Source of the DNA: a virus
Taxonomy: Duplodnaviria; Caudoviricetes
Virus record (IMG/VR): IMGVR_UViG_3300021979_000003
Location: 175,091 to 239,090 of that record
Reading direction: 5' to 3' (one strand)
DNA length: 64,000 bases
Shown: positions 1 to 9,890 of the stretch, in pieces
How positions within the stretch are numbered: position 1 is the stretch's first letter
How the letters are laid out: each line of letters starts with the position of its first letter
Notes under the pieces: model-generated
The model's input: the letters and a program-made list of their open reading frames with translations, nothing else
Databases searched by the model: none
Told to the model about the DNA's origin: nothing
Translations under genes and position numbers: made by a program

Positions 1-2119
1 ATAAATCAAAAGTATGATTTACTGTATATGGATTATTGTTGGAGTCATATCTAGTTTCTTCTTCAGTGTGTCGTGCACTACCACCTACACCAGCGCTACT
101 ACTCGTTCCTTGTGTAGCATTTGTTGTTGAAACGTTACCGATAGCGTCAGTAACAGTTGCAACTCGACCTGTAATAGACCTACCACCACCACCGGGGCCT
201 AGCGCATTAGTTGAATAGCTTGTGTCACCACCCTTACCTGCGTTACTTGATGTGGCAGTATAGCGCACGGCACCGCCACCACCACCACCACCAGCGCGGA
301 CGGTACAACCATTTATTGTTAAGTTAGTAGGCACTGCCGACACGTATATACACGTTCCACCGGGGCTTCCGTCATTACTACGATAATTTCCACCACCAGA
401 GCCACCATGTGAAGTTATATTTGCATTGTAAATATTGAGTGTTAATTCACTACCTTCAGTAAAAAGAAAATAATTTTCTGTACGTATTGCAGCGTAAATA
501 AGTCCGCCTTCAACTGTACTATAATTTCCGTATACATTAACAGTATAATGTAACCCCGGCTCAGGCATTCCAATTGCATCATATATAACAAGATTGCCGC
601 CACTAAAATCAGTTATGTCTATTGGGTCTGGCTTTCCTAAAATAGTTATTGTTTTTTCGACTACAATTGATCCACTTGTAACACTAAGTGTTTCTGTATA
701 TTCATTCTCAGTTCCCGGTGGGACCGAAATAGTTATAATACCACCTGAAAAGGTATAAGGAAACGATGTACTTATGTTATAAGTCATTGTAGAGTCATAT
801 GGATCGATTGTATATTGAAAATCAGCCCCCGGCCAAACTTCATCACGCCCTACTACGTCATAAGGTGGAACTGCTAGTATAAGGGTGTTTATACTATCAC
901 TAGAACCTTCTCTAGTAACTGTAATAGTAGCCGTTACATCGTTCTCTAACGTGGCAGGTGTAATTAATGTAATAATATCATCTGTCCTAGACACAGTACC
1001 GTGTGTGGTTGTAACAGTATATGTATAATCTGGGTTATAGTTTCCAATTGTATATTGATAATTTCCACCGCCTGAATTTATTTCTGTAGGACCAGAAATC
1101 GTAACAGAAGGGTCTGCAACCAGAGTTATTGTAAATACATTTTCAAAACCATCTTTTAATACAACTAAATCTGTTTGTGTTTCAAATGGAATTGTATTAG
1201 GACCAATAACCTCAATTATGTCTTCTGAAGAAAAGCTTACCCCAAATCCTGCATCTGAAGGTGGTAGTTCATACTCACTAAAGCTATTGTAGTTTGTTAT
1301 TAAATAACTAAAAGTTCCACCAGAAGAGATTTCGGTTGGACCGTTTAAGGTAACTAATGTCTCCCCACGTGCGCCATATATCCATGCATTATCTATTTTT
1401 CCATTACTGTCAGAGACTGGTATAGCATATTCCTTTGGTGTGTTAGATAACATATATCTTCCTACACCTACTCTTCCAATACCACTTATAGGAGTGTATG
1501 TATCTATTGATGTTGCATTGGTTTCTAGTGTGCCTATGAAAATTTTATTATCTTCATTTACTTCAAAGTTTTCCTTTATTCGTATGTCAGCAATACCAGC
1601 TTCTATTTGAACATAGGTATAAAAAACTTTATTTTCAAAATTAGCATTAACGTCTCGAATGTCAAATGTATCAGTCGGAATGGTATACTTGGAGCCGTTT
1701 ATCAGACATTCCATTTCACTAAAACGAATATTATACGAATCCAGAACTGAGTAGTCATATGTAGTTGAGCTTTGGTCACCAATAGACGTTATCCCATAAA
1801 ACTCCCCACTTCTGACATTCTGTGGTATACTGTTCTGTAGATATAGTCTTGATACCGCATTTCTATTCTGTGTTGGATGATTAGCTAGTATTAGTTCAGG
1901 TATAGTGTCGTTTTCAGTTAAAAGAAACTCGTTACTTAGATCACCATAAGTATTACCTGATAATACATTAGCGTCTATTCCACCACCATCACCTTGTGAT
2001 CCAGTTGCTAATGTATTGAGTCCATCAATGTCACTAGCACTATGTCTATGATTGTTTGCAATACCTTTGTGTATTATTTTCTTACCACCAATGGTAGTAC
2101 CGTTTGGTAAATCTGCCAT
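1..2119 (-). CDS. Tail fibre / receptor-binding protein, partial (runs off the left edge; absent from the ORF track)
   Basis: Manual translation gives an uninterrupted frame from ATG at 2119 (MADLPNGTTIGGKKIIHKG..HRHSASDIDGL), three Ig-like repeats and Gly-rich gp38-adhesin-like motifs (ITSHGGSGG, VRAGGGGGGGA). AGGA RBS and TATAAATA upstream. Confidence 0.85.
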   Translation of the reverse strand, partial: MADLPNGTTIGGKKIIHKGIANNHRHSASDIDGLNTLATGSQGDGGGIDANVLSGNTYGDLSNEFLLTENDTIPELILANHPTQNRNAVSRLYLQNSIPQNVRSGEFYGITSIGDQSSTTYDYSVLDSYNIRFSEMECLINGSKYTIPTDTFDIRDVNANFENKVFYTYVQIEAGIADIRIKENFEVNEDNKIFIGTLETNATSIDTYTPISGIGRVGVGRYMLSNTPKEYAIPVSDSNGKIDNAWIYGARGETLVTLNGPTEISSGGTFSYLITNYNSFSEYELPPSDAGFGVSFSSEDIIEVIGPNTIPFETQTDLVVLKDGFENVFTITLVADPSVTISGPTEINSGGGNYQYTIGNYNPDYTYTVTTTHGTVSRTDDIITLITPATLENDVTATITVTREGSSDSINTLILAVPPYDVVGRDEVWPGADFQYTIDPYDSTMTYNISTSFPYTFSGGIITISVPPGTENEYTETLSVTSGSIVVEKTITILGKPDPIDITDFSGGNLVIYDAIGMPEPGLHYTVNVYGNYSTVEGGLIYAAIRTENYFLFTEGSELTLNIYNANITSHGGSGGGNYRSNDGSPGGTCIYVSAVPTNLTINGCTVRAGGGGGGGAVRYTATSSNAGKGGDTSYSTNALGPGGGGRSITGRVATVTDAIGNVSTTNATQGTSSSAGVGGSARHTEEETRYDSNNNPYTVNHTFDL

Positions 2120-2159
2120 TTCTAAGACCTTTTCCTATTAATAGTATCGTGTTATAATG

Positions 2160-2167
2160 TATTTATA
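2160..2167 (-). promoter_or_regulatory. T4-type late promoter TATAAATA for the tail fibre gene
   Basis: Exact TATAAATA on the minus strand about 40 nt upstream of the start. Confidence 0.75.
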
Positions 2168-2188
2168 CAGTTATAAATGGAGCGCTTA

Positions 2189-3253
2189 ATGAGTACTTTT
2201 TACGATCCTCAAGATGAAATTGATGAGCTTTCACATAGAGTTAATGAGCTTGAAAATTGTATCAATGATCTTGAAGCTTCGGCATCGACACTAGAGACTG
2301 AAAATAATAACCTTAAAACCGAGATTGAAGAGCTTAATGAAAAGCACAAAGAAAAAGTAAGCAACCTTTTAGATGAGGTTAGTGGGAAACAATCAGAAAC
2401 ATTTAACATATTCTACGAACTCTATGTCTCACCTTTGATCGAAAAGCTTGAGTCTAAAGAATTGCCAGCGATTGAAGTATTTGAGGAAAGTGTTGATCAC
2501 CACATTTTTTGTGACCTTATCAACGAAACCATGGAAATGAACTTGGGATTCTTCCATGAAGATGAAGACGAAAGTATTTTGAAAAACTCTTATTCCCTAG
2601 CATGTGAAGGTATCCAAAGGCTTCTCAAAGAAATAAATTCAGTTATCGACTCAGAATCATATTTTGAGTTTATCAATGAACTTTGCAAGCATGTTTCTCT
2701 ATGTCCTACAAACATACTGGCATTCTTAAACGAATATACATGCGGGAACATAACATGTGATTTTGTACAGTCACTACCAGAAAAGGTAAAAAATTCTTTG
2801 GCTCGTAGTCTGATGAGCAACTTTTATGTTTCTAGATCATATATCCCAAACACTATGATGAACAGTATTACTTCTTATTCAGTTGGTATGCCTTACACTA
2901 GTGCTATCAAAGAATTGTTTGTTGTTCTATGGGACCATTTAAATCAAGACAAACTCAAAGTTAAAATGAAAGATCATAGTGATGTTGCAAGTAAGATCAA
3001 TGCAGTAGTGAACTATAAGAAAGGCTATCGAAAGAGTACGGGTAAAACCAGAGGTTTGCTTGAAGACATTATGGATAGGGATATCTCTGTTTCTGATGAT
3101 TTTTGGGAAACATATTTTACTAAAAACCAAGAATCCTTTAAATCATTTTATAAGAATATCGTATCAAAAGAGGATGGAAGTGACTATATTGAGAAAATTC
3201 CATCCTCTATACGGAAAGAGGTTAATAAGCTAAAGATAAAAGGGGATTTTTAA
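2189..3253 (+). CDS. Hypothetical protein with N-terminal coiled coil
   Basis: ORF track; GGAG RBS favours ATG 2189; heptad-rich acidic N-terminus. Confidence 0.7.
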   Translation: MSTFYDPQDEIDELSHRVNELENCINDLEASASTLETENNNLKTEIEELNEKHKEKVSNLLDEVSGKQSETFNIFYELYVSPLIEKLESKELPAIEVFEESVDHHIFCDLINETMEMNLGFFHEDEDESILKNSYSLACEGIQRLLKEINSVIDSESYFEFINELCKHVSLCPTNILAFLNEYTCGNITCDFVQSLPEKVKNSLARSLMSNFYVSRSYIPNTMMNSITSYSVGMPYTSAIKELFVVLWDHLNQDKLKVKMKDHSDVASKINAVVNYKKGYRKSTGKTRGLLEDIMDRDISVSDDFWETYFTKNQESFKSFYKNIVSKEDGSDYIEKIPSSIRKEVNKLKIKGDF

Positions 3254-3690
3254 ACAAATCCCTTGAACTCTATGTCATCTTCGGTGACTTCAAAATATGC
3301 ATTTAGATATTCATCGAACTCATTTTTGCATTTAAAAACAACAACAAGACCATTCTCAAGGGTAAATCCCATGATCATATAGCTGTCACATTCATATGTG
3401 TCACCATCATTAATATAACCTGTAATACCTTCTCGAACCATGTCATTAACCTTAGTTACGTGCTTTTTAACTTTCGATAAGAATGACATAGACTCCGATA
3501 GATCAATTTCTTTACCATCAACGGACTCAGTTACTTTGTTGCAACCACAATCACAATCAGAAGGGCAGTCACAAGGTTTTGTTCCATCGCAATCACATTT
3601 ACTCTCTTCTACTGATTCTTCACTTTCAGCTTCTTTCTTTTCGACCGATTTCATCATTCTCATGTAATCGCCCATTGTTTTACTTGACAT
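3250..3690 (-). CDS. Hypothetical acidic protein with Cys-rich patch, probable head-internal protein
   Basis: ORF track; CDCDGTKPCDCPSDCDCGC; repeated xxES motifs (VEES, VTES, LSES). Confidence 0.65.
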   Translation of the reverse strand: MSSKTMGDYMRMMKSVEKKEAESEESVEESKCDCDGTKPCDCPSDCDCGCNKVTESVDGKEIDLSESMSFLSKVKKHVTKVNDMVREGITGYINDGDTYECDSYMIMGFTLENGLVVVFKCKNEFDEYLNAYFEVTEDDIEFKGFV

Positions 3691-3702
3691 TATATTCTCC
3701 TT

Positions 3703-4197
3703 TTACTTCCCACATATATCTGCAAATGGTACTAAGTTATCGTCAAAAAATGTATCATAATCAAAAAAGTACCATCCTTTGTACTCCAAACCACGCTCTA
3801 GGTTTAGGTTTTCATTCTTCTCAATACAAATAAACTTCCCTTTTCTATTTACTTTTATTGCTATAATATTAATATCACCATCGTCAGCAGCATCATATGT
3901 TTGACCAATCCATGTATCTAGTTGGCTACAGTTACCTTGAAAAATCTGGTGAAATAGCAAGTCTGAGTAAAACTTACATTCCATGTTCATTCTATAAAAA
4001 CTATCAGGTGGAGTAACATCACCTTTATGATGACGTGCTTGATTCTCGGTTAAAGAATCTTTTCTGAATCTATTGCTACCACCAGTGAATGCACCAGACC
4101 CAATAGTTCTAACAAAATTTTCACCATATCGTTCTGTTAAATCTTTTGCAATTTCCCTTTCAAATCCACTTCCTTTAGTTTTTTGTTTACTTGGCAT
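3703..4197 (-). CDS. Holliday junction resolvase (Hjc-type PD-(D/E)XK nuclease)
   Basis: KTKGSGFEREIA N-terminus, GDVTPP and MECKFY catalytic pattern. Confidence 0.75.
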   Translation of the reverse strand: MPSKQKTKGSGFEREIAKDLTERYGENFVRTIGSGAFTGGSNRFRKDSLTENQARHHKGDVTPPDSFYRMNMECKFYSDLLFHQIFQGNCSQLDTWIGQTYDAADDGDINIIAIKVNRKGKFICIEKNENLNLERGLEYKGWYFFDYDTFFDDNLVPFADICGK

Positions 4198-4220
4198 AAT
4201 ACTTCCTCTTAAAAATAATA

Positions 4221-4228
4221 TTTATACC
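4221..4228 (-). promoter_or_regulatory. Late promoter TATAAATA
   Basis: Exact motif 24 nt upstream of the resolvase start. Confidence 0.7.
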
Positions 4229-4327
4229 TTGAAAAATATACAGTTAATCCGATATATACTATTGAGGGCGCTCAACGGTAGGCTCTCCACAACTATATTT
4301 CTAGCTTAAACGTAAGGAGAATATATT

Positions 4328-4795
4328 ATGACAAATAAAATGCCTAGAAGAATAACAAGCGACATGCTTTTTGATAACTCATTTAAAGATTTATTTAATA
4401 TCTTTGATAGTGCACCTGCTTTTGGTATGAACAAAAGTGTGCCTCCATACCCACATTTTAACTTGACTAACCTAGACGAAGATGGACGCTATACAGTAGA
4501 AGTGGCTCTTGCTGGATTTGATAAAGATGATATTGCTGTTCGTTTTGAACCATATCAACAAAATCCAAACAGTGGTGTAAAAGTTCTTAAAATAGAAGCT
4601 TTACATAGCCATAGCGAAGAAGAGGAAGGTTCTGGATACCTTCATCAAGGTATCGCAAAAAGGGATGCTAAGTTGTCTTTACTAACACATAAAACCGATA
4701 AGGTTGAGAACTGTACTTATGAAAATGGTGTATTGTATATAACCATTAAAAAGACCGAGCCTGATAGTCAGGTCGAAAACATAGATATAATGTAA
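4328..4795 (+). CDS. hsp20: Small heat shock protein (Hsp20/IbpA family)
   Basis: YPHFNL, YTVEVALAGFDKDDI, YLHQGIAKR and YENGVLYITI alpha-crystallin motifs. Confidence 0.92.
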   Translation: MTNKMPRRITSDMLFDNSFKDLFNIFDSAPAFGMNKSVPPYPHFNLTNLDEDGRYTVEVALAGFDKDDIAVRFEPYQQNPNSGVKVLKIEALHSHSEEEEGSGYLHQGIAKRDAKLSLLTHKTDKVENCTYENGVLYITIKKTEPDSQVENIDIM

Positions 4796-4800
4796 AAAGA

Positions 4801-4824
4801 AAAAGAGGGCAATGCCCTCTTTTT
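4801..4824. terminator. Bidirectional rho-independent terminator
   Basis: AAAAGAGGGC-AAT-GCCCTCTTTT between convergent genes. Confidence 0.8.
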
Positions 4825-5393
4825 TATTGTTCCAAGAACCTATGCTCTCCAACGTCTCCTACTAAAATATAATGCTCTGCCCATGATGGGTTTGCAGTTT
4901 TATAGTTATAGTAGTGAGTGGCTTCACCAACCAACGGCTCGTACAAATCATGGTATGCATAAAATGATGCCAAGATAGATTCCCTCCAAGCATTCTTTTC
5001 AAGAACATTCACTTCACCTGACTTAGTATGAAGTTGAATAGTATCAGGGACACCATCACAATACCAGCTATACCAGCACTCGTTTTTAATTGGATTACCT
5101 TTTGAATCAATATTAGAGCGCTTTACAATACCACAGACATTTGAATAACGGCGAAACTCACCTTCTTCGTCATGTACGCGATTCATTACCGCTTGGGCTA
5201 CTGCCACCTTACTCTCAAAATCTTCACCACGTGTTTCATGGTATGTATTGATAGTGAGACAGTAAAGCTCTTGTGCATACTGCGGTTCTGGTGAGTAATT
5301 ATGCATTGGCTCTACGTCTGTAAGAAACGCCTGCCCAAAGATTGTAATCAAATTAAAAAACATAGCTTCTGCAAGATTCATAAGTCTCTCCAT
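4824..5393 (-). CDS. Cell wall hydrolase (SleB / Hydrolase_2 family)
   Basis: CLTINTYHETRGE, AVAQAVMNRV, YSWYCDG, GEATHYY and GEHRF. Confidence 0.9.
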   Translation of the reverse strand: MERLMNLAEAMFFNLITIFGQAFLTDVEPMHNYSPEPQYAQELYCLTINTYHETRGEDFESKVAVAQAVMNRVHDEEGEFRRYSNVCGIVKRSNIDSKGNPIKNECWYSWYCDGVPDTIQLHTKSGEVNVLEKNAWRESILASFYAYHDLYEPLVGEATHYYNYKTANPSWAEHYILVGDVGEHRFLEQ

Positions 5394-5438
5394 CAGTAAT
5401 ATAATTATTATACTACCTTGGTTTTAAAATTACAATAC

Positions 5439-5927
5439 TTAGAGTGGTTTTGCTTCAATAGAAACGATTTCATACTCAATAGTATTGGGTCCAATATTGA
5501 TTTCAAATGCGTCATCAACACGAAGCCCCATCATTTCACGTCCAACTGGACTAGTGTAACTAATCATGCCTTTCGAAGGATCGCTTTCTACACTACCTAC
5601 GAGGCGGTAAACAACTTCCTGATCTGTATCAATGTTAACAAGGGTTACGACAGAACCCACTGTTACTTTGTCCGTTTGAATAGTAGTGACATCAACGACT
5701 GTTGCATTAGACATGATGTCTTTTAGTTCACTATATTGCTTTTGTAATGAATCATAACGCTGGTTATATTCATTGGTTTCTGTGTTGTCTTCGGTAGAAA
5801 GGGAGTTATCACGAACCTCTTTCATTTCCACCATAACGTTTTTCATTTCTTCCTGTAGGGCGTCCATACGCTTTTTCAAAATACCAACACCATACTGTGT
5901 AATAACATTCATAAAGTTTTTCTCCAA
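5439..5927 (-). CDS. greA: GreA/GreB-family transcription elongation factor (divergent tip)
   Basis: Coiled coil ending SNATVVD; C-domain VTVGSVVTL..YRLVG..ISYTSPVGREMMG. Confidence 0.9.
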   Translation of the reverse strand: MEKNFMNVITQYGVGILKKRMDALQEEMKNVMVEMKEVRDNSLSTEDNTETNEYNQRYDSLQKQYSELKDIMSNATVVDVTTIQTDKVTVGSVVTLVNIDTDQEVVYRLVGSVESDPSKGMISYTSPVGREMMGLRVDDAFEINIGPNTIEYEIVSIEAKPL

Positions 5928-5949
5928 TTTAAAGATTATATTTATTGAA

Positions 5950-6768
5950 TTAAATCAATTTTAGATAATTTACAATTTCGGGTTTGATTTCTTCGTTAAT
6001 AACGGTAAACGATTCATCAAGTATGTCACTTTTCATTAATCTGAGAAGTGTTTTATTTTTAGATTGTTTCACTGATTCAATGAATGAATAGAAAGATTTG
6101 TTATAGTCTTCAATTGCAATCTTAAGCATTTCGTTTGTATTCTTTCCATCATTGACAATAGACGAAGTAAACGATTCAAGGTGGGTTTTACCTTCAGTTT
6201 CAACATTTTCATCACGTAAGGATTCTAGTTCACCAATACTAGAATAGGTATACTCTAGTACTTCAAAAGCTAAACGTGCTATATCTTCACAGTCATACGA
6301 TGAAATTTGAAACACTTTTGCTAGTTGTGGAGTGAATGCAATTAAAGCGGATACTTTTGCCACATTAGCGTCTTTTGTTGATGCATATATGGTATACCCA
6401 ACGACGTTGATTGCAAAAGACAAACCTTCTATTGCATCACCGGTTTCTGTCACATGTTTGAAATTCTGGTAGTATTCAGAATCCACATGAGAAGGAAATA
6501 GGAATTTAAAAATCTGTAGGAAGCGAAATACTTCATAACCATTTGGATCACCCTGCTTACTTACTACAGCTTGGGCTAGAATCCTTTTCTTATGGTTATT
6601 AAGAACAAAGAAACATGAATGCAAAATAAACTCATCGACCATTTCAGTTTCTGAGATAGATTTTTCAAACATATATGACGTGATTTTCGATTTGATGTTT
6701 TGTGGTGTCAGCCTTGCTGTATAAATCAGCTTGCCCCAAAAGTCTTTACTCTCTTCATTAAAATTCAT
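5950..6768 (-). CDS. Hypothetical protein
   Basis: 272-aa ORF with RBS, co-oriented with neighbours. Confidence 0.65.
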   Translation of the reverse strand: MNFNEESKDFWGKLIYTARLTPQNIKSKITSYMFEKSISETEMVDEFILHSCFFVLNNHKKRILAQAVVSKQGDPNGYEVFRFLQIFKFLFPSHVDSEYYQNFKHVTETGDAIEGLSFAINVVGYTIYASTKDANVAKVSALIAFTPQLAKVFQISSYDCEDIARLAFEVLEYTYSSIGELESLRDENVETEGKTHLESFTSSIVNDGKNTNEMLKIAIEDYNKSFYSFIESVKQSKNKTLLRLMKSDILDESFTVINEEIKPEIVNYLKLI

Positions 6769-6839
6769 ATAACAACCTCATTAAAAAAGAACCGCATTGC
6801 GGTTCTATAAACAAATAATTATCTCATGTCCTTATGGAA

Positions 6840-8069
6840 TCACTTCTTATCATAGATATCTGATTCTGTAACGTTATAGCCATTGTAACCTTTAACGTCC
6901 TGTAGGTCAACCTTCATTCCATGAATTTCTCCGTTACGACCAACAACATAAATATTCTGAGAAGCCTTACCAGCAAGGTCTAGAGCATTCTGTGAATAGT
7001 TGTTTGATCCCGGCAGACCCGAAGACCTAGCAAATAGATCACTAATCACAGCACTGTGAATATGACCAAAGATTGTGTAGTTAATGAAAATACCTTTCTG
7101 AGCATATTGTCCATACTTTGCCGCAATCTTTTTATCAGTATCACGAGCAAAGCCATTGTGACCATGAAGTAGTAGAAACTTTTGACCAGCCACTTCAATA
7201 ACTTTCTCCACGAAAGTGTCATCAGGACCATGAAAGTATACACCTTTGCTACCTTTGAAAAGATAAGCTAGGGTATTGTATATTACAAAGTCGAAGTTGT
7301 CTTGTGCAATTTCGTTAATCCAGCCCACGTCTTTTTCAATACGTGATTCATTACCAGTTACGTTAGCACACTCAACATTGAAGTCTTCGTTAATGTCTAG
7401 AATAGCTTGTTGAAGAATATCAACAGCAACGAATGTTGCATTAGCTCGGTTGGTCGCATTCAGTAGTAATTCATCAGGACGACGGTTAGAGTTCATTAGA
7501 TCGCCTGTAAAGGCAAAGATGACCTTCGACACACCGTAAGCCTTAAACACCCTCTTAGCGTGTTGTACGTGCTTCTGGATACGCTTAGATGCAATGTCTA
7601 CATCAAACTTGTTATTGGCAAGTAGAACTTGCTCGTTAATATGCAAGTCGCTTAGGTGTATCACACCCTCATACTCACCTTGTACATTTTGATGAACCTG
7701 AGTAAGACCAGAAAGATTTTTACTTTTAAATACCTTTAGTAGGCTTTCAGAGTATTCTTCTAGTGCATTTACAATCCTAGACTTCTCACGGAAATACTTT
7801 CTTTCAACTCGCATAACATCAGCTTGACGCTGTTTAGTTTTTGCTAGCTTGATCAAAGTATTTTTAATGTCGTCGTTAGGAGCTTTTTCAATTTGTTCGA
7901 TCAGGTCTTGATCTTCCTTACTAAACCCAACTTTCTTTAGTCCACGACGTAAAGTGGTTCTAGGAACACCAAGTTCTTTTGCGAGTTTACGGACTGATAA
8001 ACCTTCTTCGGTTTTTAAACGGTCTGCGCACTCTTCAAAAAATTCATCACTATAATTTGATTTTGACAT
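6840..8069 (-). CDS. N-terminal HTH fused to a calcineurin-like metallophosphoesterase
   Basis: SVRKLAKELGVPRTTLRR HTH; SDLH, TGD, GNES, HGH and GHIH motifs. Confidence 0.85.
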   Translation of the reverse strand: MSKSNYSDEFFEECADRLKTEEGLSVRKLAKELGVPRTTLRRGLKKVGFSKEDQDLIEQIEKAPNDDIKNTLIKLAKTKQRQADVMRVERKYFREKSRIVNALEEYSESLLKVFKSKNLSGLTQVHQNVQGEYEGVIHLSDLHINEQVLLANNKFDVDIASKRIQKHVQHAKRVFKAYGVSKVIFAFTGDLMNSNRRPDELLLNATNRANATFVAVDILQQAILDINEDFNVECANVTGNESRIEKDVGWINEIAQDNFDFVIYNTLAYLFKGSKGVYFHGPDDTFVEKVIEVAGQKFLLLHGHNGFARDTDKKIAAKYGQYAQKGIFINYTIFGHIHSAVISDLFARSSGLPGSNNYSQNALDLAGKASQNIYVVGRNGEIHGMKVDLQDVKGYNGYNVTESDIYDKK

Positions 8070-8151
8070 GAGATATTATTCTCCGATTTATTTTTGTAAT
8101 AATTACAGACATACTATCATGGGATTGACATATGTCAATATATTTATCACA

Positions 8152-8174
8152 TAAAAAAGCCCCTTTTCGGGGCT
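8152..8174 (-). terminator. Rho-independent terminator after the VWA gene
   Basis: AGCCCC-GAAAA-GGGGCT followed by a T-run on the minus strand. Confidence 0.75.
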
Positions 8175-8191
8175 AATCGGAGCATTTTCGA

Positions 8192-9583
8192 TTAATTTGC
8201 ATAATCGTCGTAATAGAGAGTAGTACCGAAGGGAGCTTTTACCTTATTGCTGATCGCATAGCGGTCATGAATAAGGAAAACCGTTTCACAGTACTCAGGA
8301 TCGCCCCAAGAGTCCCATGGCATACCATCTGTGAGCATGATAAAGGTTTCAGGCTGAATATCTTCTTCTTCGAAGAACCTCCAACAGCACATGAAATCAG
8401 TACCACCACCACCTTTCGGGTTGTATGACAGAAGGTCATCAATAGTGTCCTGTGTAAACTCTTCATAGTTGTACACCTTAGTATCGAAAGTGAAGATACC
8501 AATCTTGAAGGACATGAACGCGTCTGCAATAGAGTAGATTTCACTCAGGAAGTCCCGCAATTGCTCATTGCTCATAGAGCCAGAAGCATCGATACCAATG
8601 ACAAAATCAAAGTGATCATCAACGGTCAGGCTTGGCAGCATGATACGCTGTGACATGTAACGACGGTTTAGACGCTTCCATGTGTAATCACTAGTAACCT
8701 GTGACTTGGCAGTTTCACGAACAATGTCACGCCAGTTCATTTTAGGTTCAACAAGCTGTTCGATTAGGCGTTCTACCTCGGCAGGAACCTTACCAGCCTT
8801 CTTGCCGACATCAGCAGCCTGCATAATGGTAGACGTAATTTCGTTTTCGATTTCAGACGCTTCACTTTCGCTGATAGTCATAGAGCCACCAGAACCATCC
8901 TGATCGCCATCACCGTCTTCACCGTCACCGGAACCATCACCAGATACGTCTACTTCAATATGATCATCGAAGTTACCACCGGCACCGGGGCCGCTACCAG
9001 CATTGCCAGAACCGCCACCTTCGCCGGAACCACCGCCGCCGTTTTGCTGAGCTTGTTGGTACAGTTCTTCATACAGGTCTTCAGTTGTACGGTTACCATA
9101 GCTTTCTTCGTACAGGCCACCTACGGAAGGGAAACGACCAACATTATCACGTACAAGAATGTAGTTAATGATGTAGTCACCTGCATAGTTCCAGATTTTC
9201 GGATCACGCTTACCACGACGTGTAAGGTGGCGAAGAACACAATGCATAACCTCGTGTGCTACAAGAAACACAAGCTCTTCGTCATCCAGAGCATCAATGA
9301 AGCACGGATTGTAATAGAAGTTGCGGCCATCTACAGCGGCAGTTTTAATAACCTTGTGGTCCTTCTCAACGCCTTTAAGCTGTAGGTTAATTGCGATAGT
9401 GCCATAGAAAGGCTCTTTCTGTAGTAGACGAATACGGGTTACAAGAAGACGAGAATGAACCGCACGTTCATCAACATCCTTTTCGTAATCGACTTCTTTG
9501 GTTGCTTCACCAATCTTGGCATGAAGCATTGCCGATTTGTTACTTAGTACGTTATGCATAGTTATCTCCAACTTTTGTTTCAA
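8192..9583 (-). CDS. HEXXH metallopeptidase-VWA domain protein (DUF2201-like), partner of MoxR AAA+
   Basis: AAVDG, AHEVMH, Gly/Asp-rich linker, MIDAS motif DASGSM, GGGGTDF and LTDG. Confidence 0.88.
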   Translation of the reverse strand: MKQKLEITMHNVLSNKSAMLHAKIGEATKEVDYEKDVDERAVHSRLLVTRIRLLQKEPFYGTIAINLQLKGVEKDHKVIKTAAVDGRNFYYNPCFIDALDDEELVFLVAHEVMHCVLRHLTRRGKRDPKIWNYAGDYIINYILVRDNVGRFPSVGGLYEESYGNRTTEDLYEELYQQAQQNGGGGSGEGGGSGNAGSGPGAGGNFDDHIEVDVSGDGSGDGEDGDGDQDGSGGSMTISESEASEIENEITSTIMQAADVGKKAGKVPAEVERLIEQLVEPKMNWRDIVRETAKSQVTSDYTWKRLNRRYMSQRIMLPSLTVDDHFDFVIGIDASGSMSNEQLRDFLSEIYSIADAFMSFKIGIFTFDTKVYNYEEFTQDTIDDLLSYNPKGGGGTDFMCCWRFFEEEDIQPETFIMLTDGMPWDSWGDPEYCETVFLIHDRYAISNKVKAPFGTTLYYDDYAN

Positions 9584-9620
9584 CTACTATGGTGTATTTA
9601 AACATAGTTTAGACTTGATG

Positions 9621-9878
9621 TCAAACTACTTTGCAAATAATGGCATCTTCAGCCACACGATAAACGGTTTCATCAACAACATCATCTAACTTTTTCACAG
9701 CATCGGAAAACCAGATAATGTCACCTTCTTTAATAAACTCAAGGTCAGGTCCAACACTTAGAACCTCACCCCTTAGATTTTTCTTATCAGTCAAATCTAC
9801 GTGAATGATAGTATCATCCTCATAGTCGTCAACTAATTTTACAATACAATGATTCTGCAACGCTTTCAAATGCGACAT
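9621..9878 (-). CDS. groES: GroES-like co-chaperonin
   Basis: LKALQNHCIVK, GEVLSVGP, IKEGDIIWF and VAEDAII; 85 aa. Confidence 0.85.
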   Translation of the reverse strand: MSHLKALQNHCIVKLVDDYEDDTIIHVDLTDKKNLRGEVLSVGPDLEFIKEGDIIWFSDAVKKLDDVVDETVYRVAEDAIICKVV

Positions 9879-9890
9879 TTTATACCTCTA

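Noticed and set aside
36-218. 60-aa plus-strand ORF in the track
   Set aside because: It is an antisense shadow of the Gly-rich tail-fibre frame on the minus strand.
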